Source: Anolis carolinensis (taxonomy: Eukaryota). From it: 64,000 nucleotides of DNA. Shown here in pieces: positions 23,900 to 35,309 of the stretch. Under the pieces are notes generated by a model. That model had not been told where the DNA came from and did no database searches. It saw only the letters and a list, made by a program, of their open reading frames with translations. The DNA lies in the NCBI RefSeq assembly GCF_035594765.1, contig NC_085841.1, forward strand, positions 236,178,689-236,242,688, written 5' to 3'. A program made the position numbers and the translations under genes. How positions within the stretch are numbered: the stretch's first letter is position 1; each line of letters begins with the position of its first letter.

Positions 23900-23983
23900 T
23901 TCCTTTGTCCCGTGGGCGTGGCCTAGGGAGGCCTGTGGGCGTGGCTCGGCTTTCCTGTTGCCAGGGAGCGCAAGATGGCGGCG
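23900..23983 (+). promoter_or_regulatory. UBE2L6 CpG-rich proximal promoter
   Basis: Two GTGGGCGTGGC KLF/Sp boxes, GTTGCCAGGGAGC X-box-like site, YY1-type CAAGATGGCGGC overlapping the ATG; local CpG enrichment to about 24110. Confidence 0.6.
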
Positions 23984-24001
23984 CCGCGGAGAGTGGCGAA
24001 G
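23975..24001 (+). CDS. UBE2L6: Ubiquitin/ISG15-conjugating enzyme E2 L6, coding exon 1 (MAAPRRVAK)
   Basis: AAGATGG Kozak, donor AAG|gtaagg, phase 0; similar to the UBE2L3/L6 N-terminus. Confidence 0.85.
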
Positions 24002-24609
24002 GTAAGGCGGGCGCGGAGGTTTCGGGACCAGCCTGGTTCTGCCCAGCTTCCTTTTAAGGGATCCGAAGGGGGCTGTTTAGGGAGAGGCGATGCGCAGCGA
24101 AGAAAAGGTGGCAGGTGCTGAAGGGATTTGGGAAAAGTTATGACTGCCTTTTTATTTTATCCCTGTCTTTGGTCCCTCAGGTCTTTGGGACTTCAACTCC
24201 CAGAAGCCTTTGCCAGTGTTGCAACTTTCAGGAATTCTGGGAGTTGAAGTCCAAAAATCTGAAGCGCCAAATGTTGGGAAACACTGGTACAAAATAGCTG
24301 AATCCTACCTGCCGTCTATATTTTGATACCTCTTAAGGTGAAACCTCAGGCATGTCTACATCTTCTACATATTCTGTTGAATGTCTGCCAGCAATGCAGT
24401 CCTTTTTCAAAGGCTTAAAATACAATGGGATGGTGGCGGCACTCTTATGAGAATGTGTGTGTACTGTATGTTGCTTTCGTCCCTCGTTCCTCATTAATAA
24501 ATAACAAAAACTGTGTTTAAAGAGATGTAGCTATTAATGGAGGGAGTGAATTCCTAAACAGCTTCTTCAGTTGTTGTGACATGCTCAGTCCATGAATGTC
24601 CTTATTATA

Positions 24610-25322
24610 GAGTTGCTGTGAGTTTTCCTGGCTGTATGGCTATGTTCCAGAAGCATTCTCTCCTGACATTTCATCTACATCTATGACAGGCGTCCTCAGA
24701 GGTTGTGAGGTCCGTTAGAAACTAGGCAAGTGGAGTCTATATATCTGTGGAAAGTCCAGGGTGGGAGAAAGAACTCTTGTCTGCCTGATGCAAGTGTGTA
24801 TGTTGCAATTGGCTAGCTTAATTCGCATTGAATGGCCTTGCAGCTTCTAAGTCTGGCTGCCTCCTGCCTGGGTGAATCTTTTATTGACCCTAAGTGTTTC
24901 TTGTCTGTTTTCAGAGCTTTGTTCTTTATTTACTATCCTTTAATTTTAGAGTTCTTTAATACTAGTAGCCAGATTTTGTTCATTTTCATTGTTTCCTCCT
25001 TTCTGTTGAAATTGTCCATATGCTTGTGGATTTCAATGACTTTTCTGTGTAGTCTGACATGGTGGTAGTTAGAGTGGCCCAGCATTTCTGTGTTCTCAGA
25101 TAATATGCTGTGTCCAGGTTGGTTCATCAAGTGCTCTGTTATGGCTGACTTCTCTGGCCGAGTTAGTCTGCAGTGCCTTTCGTGTTCCTTGATTCGTGTT
25201 TGGGCCATGCTGCTGTGTTTGGTGGTCCCTATGTAGACTTGTCCACAGCTGCATGGTATACGGTAGACTCCTGCTGAGGTGAGATGATCCCTCTTGTCTT
25301 TTGCTGAATGTAGCATTTGCTG
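24610..25322 (-). mobile_element. Penelope-like element, 5'-truncated (GIY-YIG remnant plus degenerate hammerhead 24662-24702)
   Basis: ORF 24933-25316 GVYRIPCSCGQVYIGTTK...RIKEH; same family as 58740-59812; antisense in UBE2L6 intron 1. Confidence 0.9.
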
Positions 25323-25830
25323 AAAAGGGTGAGGGCAGTGTTAGGGATGCTTTAATGAGGATATATCTAAACAAATACCAGCTGAAAGGCACCAAATGAC
25401 TTTCGCTTTCTGTTACTACTAGATAGGAAGTTTGCTGAGGAAAGAAATGTTATTCTTTGCCTGTAAATAGGAAAGCTGTAAAAGTGTGAAAAAAAATAGT
25501 TTTATGTGGGCTTAAATTAGGAAAATCTTGCTCCTTTCTGGAACAATTCTTATCTTTGAACTTAATTTTTGATCTTTTTAAAAAATCAGGATGATATCTA
25601 TATTAAGTAAGGAAATGCCATAGCAATCAGAGTAGCAGATATAACTGAGTTGTAGAAAGCAAATTATACTAATCATTGGCTCCTGGTTGGGGTTTTTGGG
25701 AAATGTAAGCCAAAAGCTTCTAATTCTGTACAGTATATCCTGGTTCATTGTGATAGGCACAATACTAGATTAATGTTGGGTACAGTAAAGTGGATGTTTT
25801 CACTTTCATTTTGCACAGACCTGGCAAATA

Positions 25831-26150
25831 CAGTAGAGTCTCACTTATCCAACATAAACGAGCTGGCAGAACGTTGGATAAGCGAGAATGTTGGATAATA
25901 AGGAGAGATTAAGAAAAAGCCTATTAAACATCAAAACAGGTTATGATTTTACAAATTAAGCACAAAAACATGTTATACAACAAATTTGACAGAAAAAGTA
26001 GTTCATTACACATTAATGCTATGTAGTAATTACTGTATTTACGTATTTAGCACCAAAATATCACAATGCATTGAAAACATTGACTACAAAAATGCGTTGG
26101 ATAATCCAGAACGTTGGATAAGCGAGTGTTGGATAAGTGAGACTCTACTG
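25831..26150. mobile_element. Tc1/mariner MITE family A
   Basis: TIRs; shares its right-hand TA with the adjacent family-B MITE. Confidence 0.9.
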
Positions 26151-26152
26151 TA

Positions 26153-26570
26153 CTGTGTTTCCCCAAAAATAAGACAGTGTCTTATATTAATTTTTGCTCC
26201 CAAAGATGTGCTAGGTCTTATTTTCAGGGGATGTCTTATTTTTCCATGAAGAAAAATTCACATTTATTGTTGAACAAAAAAATGAACATTTCTTATATAC
26301 TGTACAGTAGTTGTCATCACAAACCAGCATAACCAGACAAACTGTGCATCCTGTCAAGAATTTCTTGTTACTACCAATATTTCCATGTACAACACTCTAT
26401 GGTACGTACATTTACCAATCCTGCATGCTCTGGTGTTCTGTTCGTTGGGCATGCTTCCAAACAAAAACTTGGAAGGTCTTACTTTCGGGGGAGGCCTTAT
26501 ATTTAGCAATTCATCAAAACCTCTACTAGGTCTTATTTTCTGGGAATGTCTTATTTTAGGGGAAACAGGG
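26153..26570. mobile_element. Tc1/mariner-pogo MITE family B
   Basis: Near-identical to 9407-9831. Confidence 0.85.
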
Positions 26571-27031
26571 TAGTAGCTGACCTTACTGTGTCTTATGATG
26601 CTGATTTGATTCAAACAACCACCCTTAAAATTAACCACAATTCATAGTTTAGGTGCAGTGCTAAACTGTAGTAAGCTGGAAGTTTCCAGTGTTCTCCCCC
26701 TGGATGAAAAGGAGGAAATGGGAAGTTTACAACTGATTGATTTATGCATATGTCATTGATTTACATTGATTTATGCATATGTCATCATACTTTATCACGA
26801 TGTCAAAAAAAGAAAATGCAATCAAGTCTTATTTACTTCTGTACATTCTTATGAATAATATCGTTGTTTATTCTAGTTCAGTTTTCCCTAGTTTGATGGC
26901 CTACAGTTTGTTGAAGTACATTCCCCATCATTTCTCCTCAGCATGTTGTGCTAGACAGTGACTGAGATTGGTTTTGCTGTGCAGGTCTCATCAATAGACC
27001 TGAAGGCAACTTACGCATTTTGCCCTTTCAG

Positions 27032-27127
27032 GAGCTGGATGAGATCAGGAGGTTAAGATTCCGCTGCTTCCGGAATATTGAGGTGGATCCAACTAATGTC
27101 CTCCTTTGGAAGGGGCTTCTGGTACCG
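27032..27127 (+). CDS. UBE2L6: UBE2L6 coding exon 2 (ELDEIRRLRFRCFRNIEVDPTNVLLWKGLLVP)
   Basis: tttcag| ... CCG|gtgagt, 96 nt, phase 0/0; UBE2L-family sequence. Confidence 0.92.
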
Positions 27128-27641
27128 GTGAGTTTGGGCAAGCTGGGGAAATGGCAGGGCCTTGATGCATTCAAAGGGGATCCAATATATCACATATCAC
27201 GCTTAAACTAAAGTCACTCCACTGATTAGTTTTCGGGCAAAGTACAAAGTGCTGGTTATAACCTTTAAGGTCTTACATGGTTTGGGTCCAGGTTACCTAC
27301 AGTGTCCTCTTGGGGGGAGTACTCCAGCCAACCAGAACCTGACTGGCAACATTCATCTAGAGGACCTTTTCATCAGTTGCCCCATGACTGGAATGACCTG
27401 CTGGAAGAGATTGGACAGCTGAATGAGTTGTCAGAGTGTAAGAGACAACTGAAGACCCATATTTTCCTGCAGGCATACCCAATCAATGTTGTATCATGAG
27501 TTTTGCATTTGCATCCTATTGCCACTGTATGTTGATCTTTGTACCCAGTGTTTTAATATATGCATTTTGTTGTATATATTTTGATAGTTTTGACTGTTGT
27601 GCCCCACCTTGAGCTGTTAGGAGATGTGGGTAACAAATAAA

Positions 27642-27642
<1 letters not shown>

Positions 27643-27692
<50 letters not shown>
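27643..27692 (+). repeat. (TTA)n microsatellite, tail of a degraded L2-like fragment (~27200-27640)
   Basis: About 16 TTA units following an L2-like 3' end. Confidence 0.85.
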
Positions 27693-27951
27693 GTGTCAGC
27701 CAGGTTAATGTGGGTATTCGGAAAGAGACTGCTCTCTTGGGGTTTTGTTTTTTAAAAAAGCAATGTCTCCATGTATTTATTTCATTATGGGAGGATTTTC
27801 AGTTTCCATTTGAGGCACTAAACTATCTGACTGAGGAAAGAAAAGGGATTCCAGGGGCCTGGACACTTTAATTTTGTATAGGTGGGCTCCTAAGCAAGTT
27901 CTAGTCTTTTGCATCTTTTTGTGATTCATGCCTCCTTCCTGTTGTCCCCAG

Positions 27952-28138
27952 GATGACCCTCCTTACAATCAAGGGGCATTCCAGGTTGAGATCAGCTTTC
28001 CAGGTGATTACCCTTTGAAGCCTCCCAAGGTAACTTTCAAGACTAAGATATACCATCCCAATGTGGACGAGTCAGGCCAAGTGTGCTTGCCGATCATCAG
28101 TCCCAAGAACTGGAACCTTTCCACAAAAACAGACCAAG
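27952..28138 (+). CDS. UBE2L6: UBE2L6 coding exon 3 (HPN motif, catalytic Cys86 at 28084-28086)
   Basis: ccccag|GAT...CAA G|gtatga, 187 nt; [10 protein letters not shown]...[17 protein letters not shown]. Confidence 0.95.
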
Positions 28139-28282
28139 GTATGACAAGGAGAGACACCGGCCATGGTGTGTAGATAGAACCTTCTTGAGCTGTCAACTTC
28201 ACTTGGTTTGATTCTCTGCTTGAAAGTACAAGCTCAGGCTCTTCTTACTTTCCTTCTTCTGATCCTTCTTACTTTTCCCTAG

Positions 28283-28437
28283 TGATCCAAGAACTTATAG
28301 CATTGGTGAATAACCCTGATCCGGACCATCCCTTGCGTGCCGAGTTGGCTGAGGAGTTCGCCATAAACCATGAACGCTTCCTTGCCAATGCTGAAGAACA
28401 CACTAGCAAATTCAGTGAAAAGCGACCGAGCAAGTGA
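28283..28437 (+). CDS. UBE2L6: UBE2L6 coding exon 4 to stop (VIQELIALVNNPDPDHPLRAELAEEF...SEKRPSK*)
   Basis: ccctag|TG completes a phase-1 Val codon; joined CDS 27+96+187+155=465 nt = 154 aa. L6 rather than L3 is inferred from the SMTNL1/TIMM10 neighbourhood. Confidence 0.9.
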
Positions 28438-29198
28438 CCTCAGCTCAACAAATGCCCACCCAAACTTCTCTGCCTATCTGTTGTGATAGCTAATTGAAGA
28501 GCCACCCATATCCCACTCACCAGTAGGTGAGTGGGATGAATGAAGCAGATTGCTCCCAAGATTGCCTAGCAACAGAATAATGTACCTGATGGAAACCTGG
28601 GTTGCTTTTGTTCTTGACAAATTCTACATCTGAGGGGGAAATGGGCCCTCTGAAGTACTGTTGGGCAGGTACAATTTCCTGCTTCAGAGTAATGAAATAC
28701 CAGCATTGCGCGGGTCTTCCAAAACTAGAAATGATGCGGTGAGTCAGCAGGAAAGGTCTGTGTGTGAAACAGGGAAGTGAAGTGAAGTTATGAAGCAATG
28801 TTGCTAGTAATAAATGGAGTTTGATGTGAAATATGATTATTCCTAAATGGAGGAACATAGGAAACTGCCAGACATGTTCTTTTATGATGTCATATCTATA
28901 AGGATATGAGATCTGTTTTTATTACTCCCATTGTGCAGAAGATCCCTGGCAGAAGTGAAGATTATTATTTAAAACATCTTATACAGCATAGGACCCATCA
29001 ATCACTTATAGAGTGCCTGAGTTTTGTGTGGCAGCTATAAAAAAAAACAAGCAGTTTGTGCGTGATTTTAGTGGATGAATTTTTAACTTATATCATTTTA
29101 TTACCCATGGACTTTCTGCTCTTAATGTTGGCACTTTAAAAACTGTTTTTAATGTTGTAAAGTTTTAAAGTTTTGCACTCTTGATCTGTGACTGTAAT

Positions 29199-29204
29199 AA
29201 TAAA
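29199..29204 (+). terminator. Candidate UBE2L6 polyadenylation signal
   Basis: AATAAA about 760 nt after the stop, following a T-rich 3'UTR-like stretch; other AATAAA hexamers (e.g. near 28808 and 29866) are alternatives. Confidence 0.45.
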
Positions 29205-32200
29205 ATCCATTCATTCACTATTTCACACAGACCTTTAGCTTCTCTAGCCCAGTATTTTTAACAGACTGAGTCTCTCCGGGGTTTCAGACAAGTGTTTTTC
29301 CTGCCTTAGCTGATGGTTGTGGAGATTGATATGCGAAGCATGGGTTCCACCACTGAGTTACAGTAACATCTTGTCATTTATTTTCCAGTAAATGGATTTA
29401 CAGTTTGTTCATAGGATTGTGGTCTTTTGTTGAAAGTACCATGTATACACATAAGTCAAACTCGAGGACAGGTTTTGGGGCCAAAATTATGGATTTTGAT
29501 ATGACCTATGGATAAATTGGGGGACAGTCCTTGGAGAAGGGAAAGCACCAGTGCCATCTCAGGGACCAGCTACATTAGCCATTGCTGCCATTTCCCTGTT
29601 CAGGCATTGAGAAATGCCAAAAGCAATGCCACATTAGATAGAGGGTATTGATGCTTCTTTTAAATGTTTGCAGAATTAATGAAGCTCCTCCTTTTTTGCT
29701 AAGAATCAAGGTACAGTGCTCACATTGATCTATGAACAAATTGGCCCCATTTTTGGGGTTGATTTTTTTGACTAAGATTTCTACACATATACATGACTAT
29801 TAGAGTAACACATGAATATGTCTTTCTGTTGCATATGTATATATGAAGTACTTAATATTTTTAAAAATAAAAATACTTTTCTTCTATTAAATATCTGCAT
29901 GTTCTTTATAGCTAACATCATTGCAGCTCTCGCTGTTCAAGTTGCCTGGCCATGTTAATGAAATGGAATTATATTCCTCATATTTTATGTAATTGAATTT
30001 GTTGTTGTAGTTGTGTATTTTAAGTCATTTTGGACTTATGGTGACCCTAATGTGAACCCTCATAGGGTTTTCTTACCCGAAGTTGTTCAGAGTGGATACA
30101 TATTTAAGATTGTTTTCCAGACAATCTGTGAAATATATAGGAAGGTCAAGAACTGTTCTTAAGTTTTGTTAAATAAACCAGGCCTATGTATGTAAACTAT
30201 GAATCATTATAGCTTAGCTTGGGATCTGTCTTCTGTGTGAGAATTCTCTGAAACAGCGTAGGCAACTGTGGCTCTCCAGATAGGATTAAAACTCTTCTAG
30301 TCCCAACATTTAGCTAGACTGCCCAGACTTAAAGGTCAAACATAACATATCAACATATTTTACATCACAGAATTGTAGCATGACTGAATCGTGAGGAATC
30401 TTGCGATTTGTAGCATGAGTTTCTAAAGCTCTCTGTTTAGGACAAAGGGGGAAGTTTTCATTCCTTATTGGTTCAGGTTTCTAATTTAATGCAATTTTTT
30501 AAAAACACAGGCAGTGTATGTGTGAAGGAGTAAAGATAAGGAGTATTTTGTCTCATCCTAAATATCTTTGTGATACAGTATTATGAAGGTTTTCATCACT
30601 TCTTTGTTTGCTATAGGATCGTGGAGTCATAGAAGACAAAATGAATTGTCACATCACGTCTACTGCCTAGGTGTGGGATGATAGCCTAAAGCATTACATA
30701 TAGAAGTTTACCATTTCATGCAAAGTTTTAAACTGGCAAGGATAGGGGAATTTCACAATCTCTTTCGGTATCTTATTTGTTCCTTGCTTAATGATTATTC
30801 CAAGCAGTCTGATCCTAACTGCGTTGCCTCAAAGCTTGGACATAACTTAATATTGTAAGACTTACTTCTTGGTAAACATACAGAGAATTAGACTAAGTTC
30901 TGGGTTATCTGTATTTTACCTTCAGGGAGAGTTGTTTTTGCTGTCTCCCAGGTAGCCTTCATATTTTGATGAAAGGGATTTGAATTGTAGTTTGCTCAAA
31001 TGAAATGCAGGTGAATTTCCTTGACTTGCTACAGTTTCGTTTTAATGGATTTGGTGATCTGCATGGAGACATGTGATAGCATCATGGGCTGGAGAAAGAT
31101 TTGCCAAGGGAGCAAGATGTGGAATTGGAGGTCAATGCAACTTGTTCCAAGTTATGCCTGTTAAGAACAGACACTGTCCATCTGCTTCCCTGGAGGCTGG
31201 ATTGCTGAAGATGATAGTTAGCATCTACATGAAAGGTATCCATTCCTTTTCTGGACATCCCAAAAGCCAGATGTCTGTGAATAGCAGACGTTTAGAGCTA
31301 TGTTGAGGAAACTAGAGACCCTCTACGTAAGGTACATTACTGTTGATTCTCCCTGAAAAACAAACAGAACCCTGAACTTGAATCCTCTTTATCCTTATAG
31401 TGTACATAGAAACATTAAAAGATGGTTCCAAGGACATCGTTATGGGTGTGATTTTCTTTACCAAATGTACATGCACTATTTGGCACTTCTTTGCCCTTAC
31501 AGTATGAGTACCCCTTTCAGCTTACACCCACTGTTATTTAAGCCTTTTTAACTCATGCTATTGTTAAATCTCCAAAACCCACTTTCATACCAAAATACTA
31601 CAGCTATCCTTTGTTCTACAACCTCACATTATTGTCTCCTAAATGTTAGTGTCCTTAAGATCTCTGTTGTTCAAATCTTTTTCCACAGAGAAAACATTAT
31701 CTGTACAGCACCCTTTCCCTCTGACTGCAGGTGTCAAACTTCTACATACTTGTGCTGCTCATCTAAAATGAAACGGAGATAAGCAGAACTTGAGATGTGC
31801 CCTTTGGCTGTAGTAGATGTTTCAGCCACTGCTATACATTGATGTATTGCGAGAACTTTTAGTCACAGTACCTAAACCATTTTAGGTATAAAAAAAAATC
31901 TGAACACATATGGTTGGTAAGTGTGGAATTGGGATTGGTAAACTTAAGTAAACAAGACACATTATATTGAGTGAAAATGTAAAGTGGTATTTAATAATTG
32001 GGATTTGTATTACTCTACTTGTGTTAACAATCAATTAATTAAAAAATACTTGTTAAAAAGTACTTTAACCACTTTCAGTTTTCAAAACTGAAAGTGAAAG
32101 AATCCCTTTGTTAAAATCAAATGAATTTTGTTTGTCTTATGACAGTTCAATGCATAGGAATTCCATACCCTTCAAATTCTTATCAGCCATCTTAATGTAC

Positions 32201-32558
32201 TTTTAGTGGAGTAACCTGATATGTTCAGTAGATGTTTCCCTAAGAGGTATTGCATGTTTTGTAGCAATAAGCATATGGTTGTCCTAATCTATATCTTTGC
32301 ATATTTACATTTAGCATGCTTTGTCTTGTGTTCTGAAAGACAGATATGAACTTCAAATCTGACTGCTGAGGTACATGTCTGTGTGGTAGTTCCACTATAG
32401 GAGGGAAAATGGGTTCATTAAAAGGAGTACACTTGCCTCCCAAAGTCTAATTTGACTCAGATTTTCCAGATGATATGGAGAAGAAATCCTGCTCACCTGT
32501 CCCACCCAGCTTCCCTCATGTTTCCAATTAGCGTTAAGCATGAGTCTGTGCTCCATCC

Positions 32559-32703
32559 TCATTTCTTCTTGGTCTTGACCAGCCCTTTCTGCACCAGGCT
32601 GCGGTACAGTTCCTGGATGTAAGTGTATATGCATTTGTTATCAGGAACACTCATGCGCACCATATCATCCACCTCCAGAAGTTGGGCACAGTCAGCCAGT
32701 TTC
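32559..32703 (-). CDS. SMTNL1: Smoothelin-like 1, last coding exon (KLADCAQLLEVDDMV...IQELYRSLVQKGLVKTKKK*)
   Basis: CH-domain C-terminus and IQ-like motif essentially identical to mammalian SMTNL1; acceptor cctcag|G. Confidence 0.95.
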
Positions 32704-33855
32704 CTGAGGAAAAGTTGGGAAGAGGTTGTTAATGAGCAGATCACCTTGGTAACTTTCTCAGCATCGCTGCATCTGCAAGGCACCTTGAGCGCACAATCCT
32801 TCAGACAAAAAATATAATAAGACATCACTCTGGAAAAACTAACATGGGATGGGTAGGGAGCGCAATATAAACTATAGTTCAAATAACAAATCATATGTCT
32901 GGAAGTACTAATAAGATAGATCTTTGGAGGCTGGCCTAATTTATATGATGTACCTCAAGGAGAAGATGCAAGGAGTGCTCTTCTGTATCTCAGAAGATAC
33001 TTAGGCTAGTTCTACTAGACTTTTGAGTAATATGATCAGATGAGACATGGCATCTCAATTTAACTTTATTATCTGATTGTGGTGATTTTTCTTTTTCTAA
33101 TAGCCTAGTAAAAACCACTATATGTGTGCCACATAATTACTATGTGCTCACAGCATAAGGGGTGCTTATGTTGATTATTATAGTATCCCCCCCCCCCCCC
33201 CCATAAAGACAGTCCCTGAACATAGAGTTGAAACAGAAAAACATAAATAGAAAACCCTTTTGAAATTGCCAGCTTTGGCCATAAATTACCATAGTGTATC
33301 ACAGCCGACCTGAAAAATTCCCAGAGAGGTACTGGTGTTAGATAAATGATTTAGCCACAACTTGGAAACCTTTAAAAAAATATAAATCCCAGAATATGAT
33401 AGTATGCGTGGTACCTGGGATATTGTGGAAGTTGTCCTAAAAATGACTTTTTCAATCTTTGAATTCAGGAAATACTTACAGTAGGGAGGCCAAATCTGCT
33501 GAACACGCAATAAACTTGTGTTGAGTTCCAGTCAATATCCATGGTTCCATCACTGGCTATAGCCCAATGGCATTATCCACTGTCTGATGTCATGTCTTTT
33601 TCCTTCAGGTATGCCAATTTCTTTGACTAGAGGACTTCCTGGTCTCTCTTTTACTGGATGAATCTCAGTTATTGAATTGGATAAGTGCTGCTTGTTATCA
33701 GTTTGCTTAAACTTTGCCTCTTCTGGTTTACAGCAGCTAATAGGATTATGTGTGTATATTGCCTGTTGGCTTTTGATTACAGAATAAATGTCAAAGAGTT
33801 TTCTTAGGCAAGGAATATTCAGAAATGTTTTTACCAATTTCTTCCTCTGAAATAT

Positions 33856-33958
33856 AGCCTACAGGACCTGTTATGTGTTGATGGTCTCCTATCCAAATAG
33901 TAACCAAGGCTGACACGGTTTAGCTTCAATGATCAGATGGGATCTGGTGTCTTCAGGG
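33856..33958 (-). pseudogene. 5S rRNA-derived sequence (SINE3 head or 5S pseudogene), interrupted by a hAT MITE
   Basis: Plus strand AGCCTACAG.ACC.G.TAT...GGTCTCC.ATCCAA.TA.TAACCA.G...GAC...G.TTAGCTTC...GATCAGA.G.GATC.GG...TTCAGGG aligns with the reverse complement of vertebrate 5S rRNA, heavily diverged. Confidence 0.7.
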
Positions 33959-34093
33959 CAGTGGTTCTCAAACTGTGGGTCCCCAGATGTTTTGGCCTTC
34001 AACTCCCAGAAATCCTAACAGCTGGTAAACTGGCTGGGATTTCTGGGAGTTTTAGGCCAAAACACCTGGGGACTCACAGGTTGAGAACCACTG
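33959..34093. mobile_element. Small palindromic hAT MITE
   Basis: Same family as 21230-21355. Confidence 0.85.
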
Positions 34094-35156
34094 CTTTAGA
34101 ATATTTAAAGACACTCTGCTAATCCCACTGAACTTTTCCCCCATACTGCTCTCTTGGGCTGACTAAGAAGAAAATTTGGGTACAGTATTCTCTGGCAAGG
34201 ATGGGAATTTTCTAATCTTCTAAATATGGTTGGAAGGCCACATCAGTCCTAGCCAGCACAGCCAATGGAAAAGTATGCTGGAAGTTGTAATTTTACAACA
34301 TCTGAAGCCTATGGAGCTCCCATCCCCATTCTTTTGGCTCTGTTCCTACTTGGGTGACCGTACTGGAAGATTATTGTATCGCCTTGTGGCACATGTTTTA
34401 TGGAGCTCTGCAGAACCTAATATTCTGTCAACATTTACTTGTAACCTCTTAACTATTTGGGTGAGTTGTCATATCGTTACCATATTAACTAGAACTAGTT
34501 ATCCTTTACATTCTTAGAATCCGATGAGGTAGTAGTGCTATGTTGACGTCTGGGATCAGGAAGGAAGATTAAGAACTTAAAGATCGTGCCAGACAACATA
34601 GATATACTGTTGCTGGGTGGTTTGATGAGACAGTGTTCAGCCTGTTTTGAAGTGTTTGCATTCTCTTCAAATATCACGCTATAAATTGTGTTTGTGCTTT
34701 CAAATGTGTGCTTTTTGCCAGATGCAGTCCTTCCTGGACCAGGGATAGTCTGGGAATGGTTATCCACTTTTTTGTCTCAACCAGGTTAGGCTATATTTTA
34801 TATATTAGGCTGCCATAAAAGACTTCAACGAAACCTCAAAACTGATCTAGAATATTTAGGCTAGATTGCTTACTGGGACTGACTTTGTAGAACATTCTTT
34901 GCTAGTTTATTTAAAAATTCAGTTTCAAAGCAAACCATAAAGTCTGCTACATGCCTTTAAAATTCTTCATGGTTTGTGGGCCCAGCTGTCTGAAGCCTGC
35001 CTATTTCTATTTGCTTGTGTGCTGTGATCATCCTATGAGACCCACCTCCAGATTTTCCCACTTTCAAAGCCCAGGTGGCTTTAAGCCCTACATACTTTTT
35101 CACAGCTCTCCCAACCTGCCCCATATAAGTGTCCTATTGAAATTAGGGGATGCTCA

Positions 35157-35309
<153 letters not shown>

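Noticed and set aside
23975-28437. Calling the E2 UBE2L3
   Set aside because: Length and exon sizes fit both paralogues, but the sequence is far more diverged than the highly conserved UBE2L3 and the neighbours are SMTNL1 and TIMM10.
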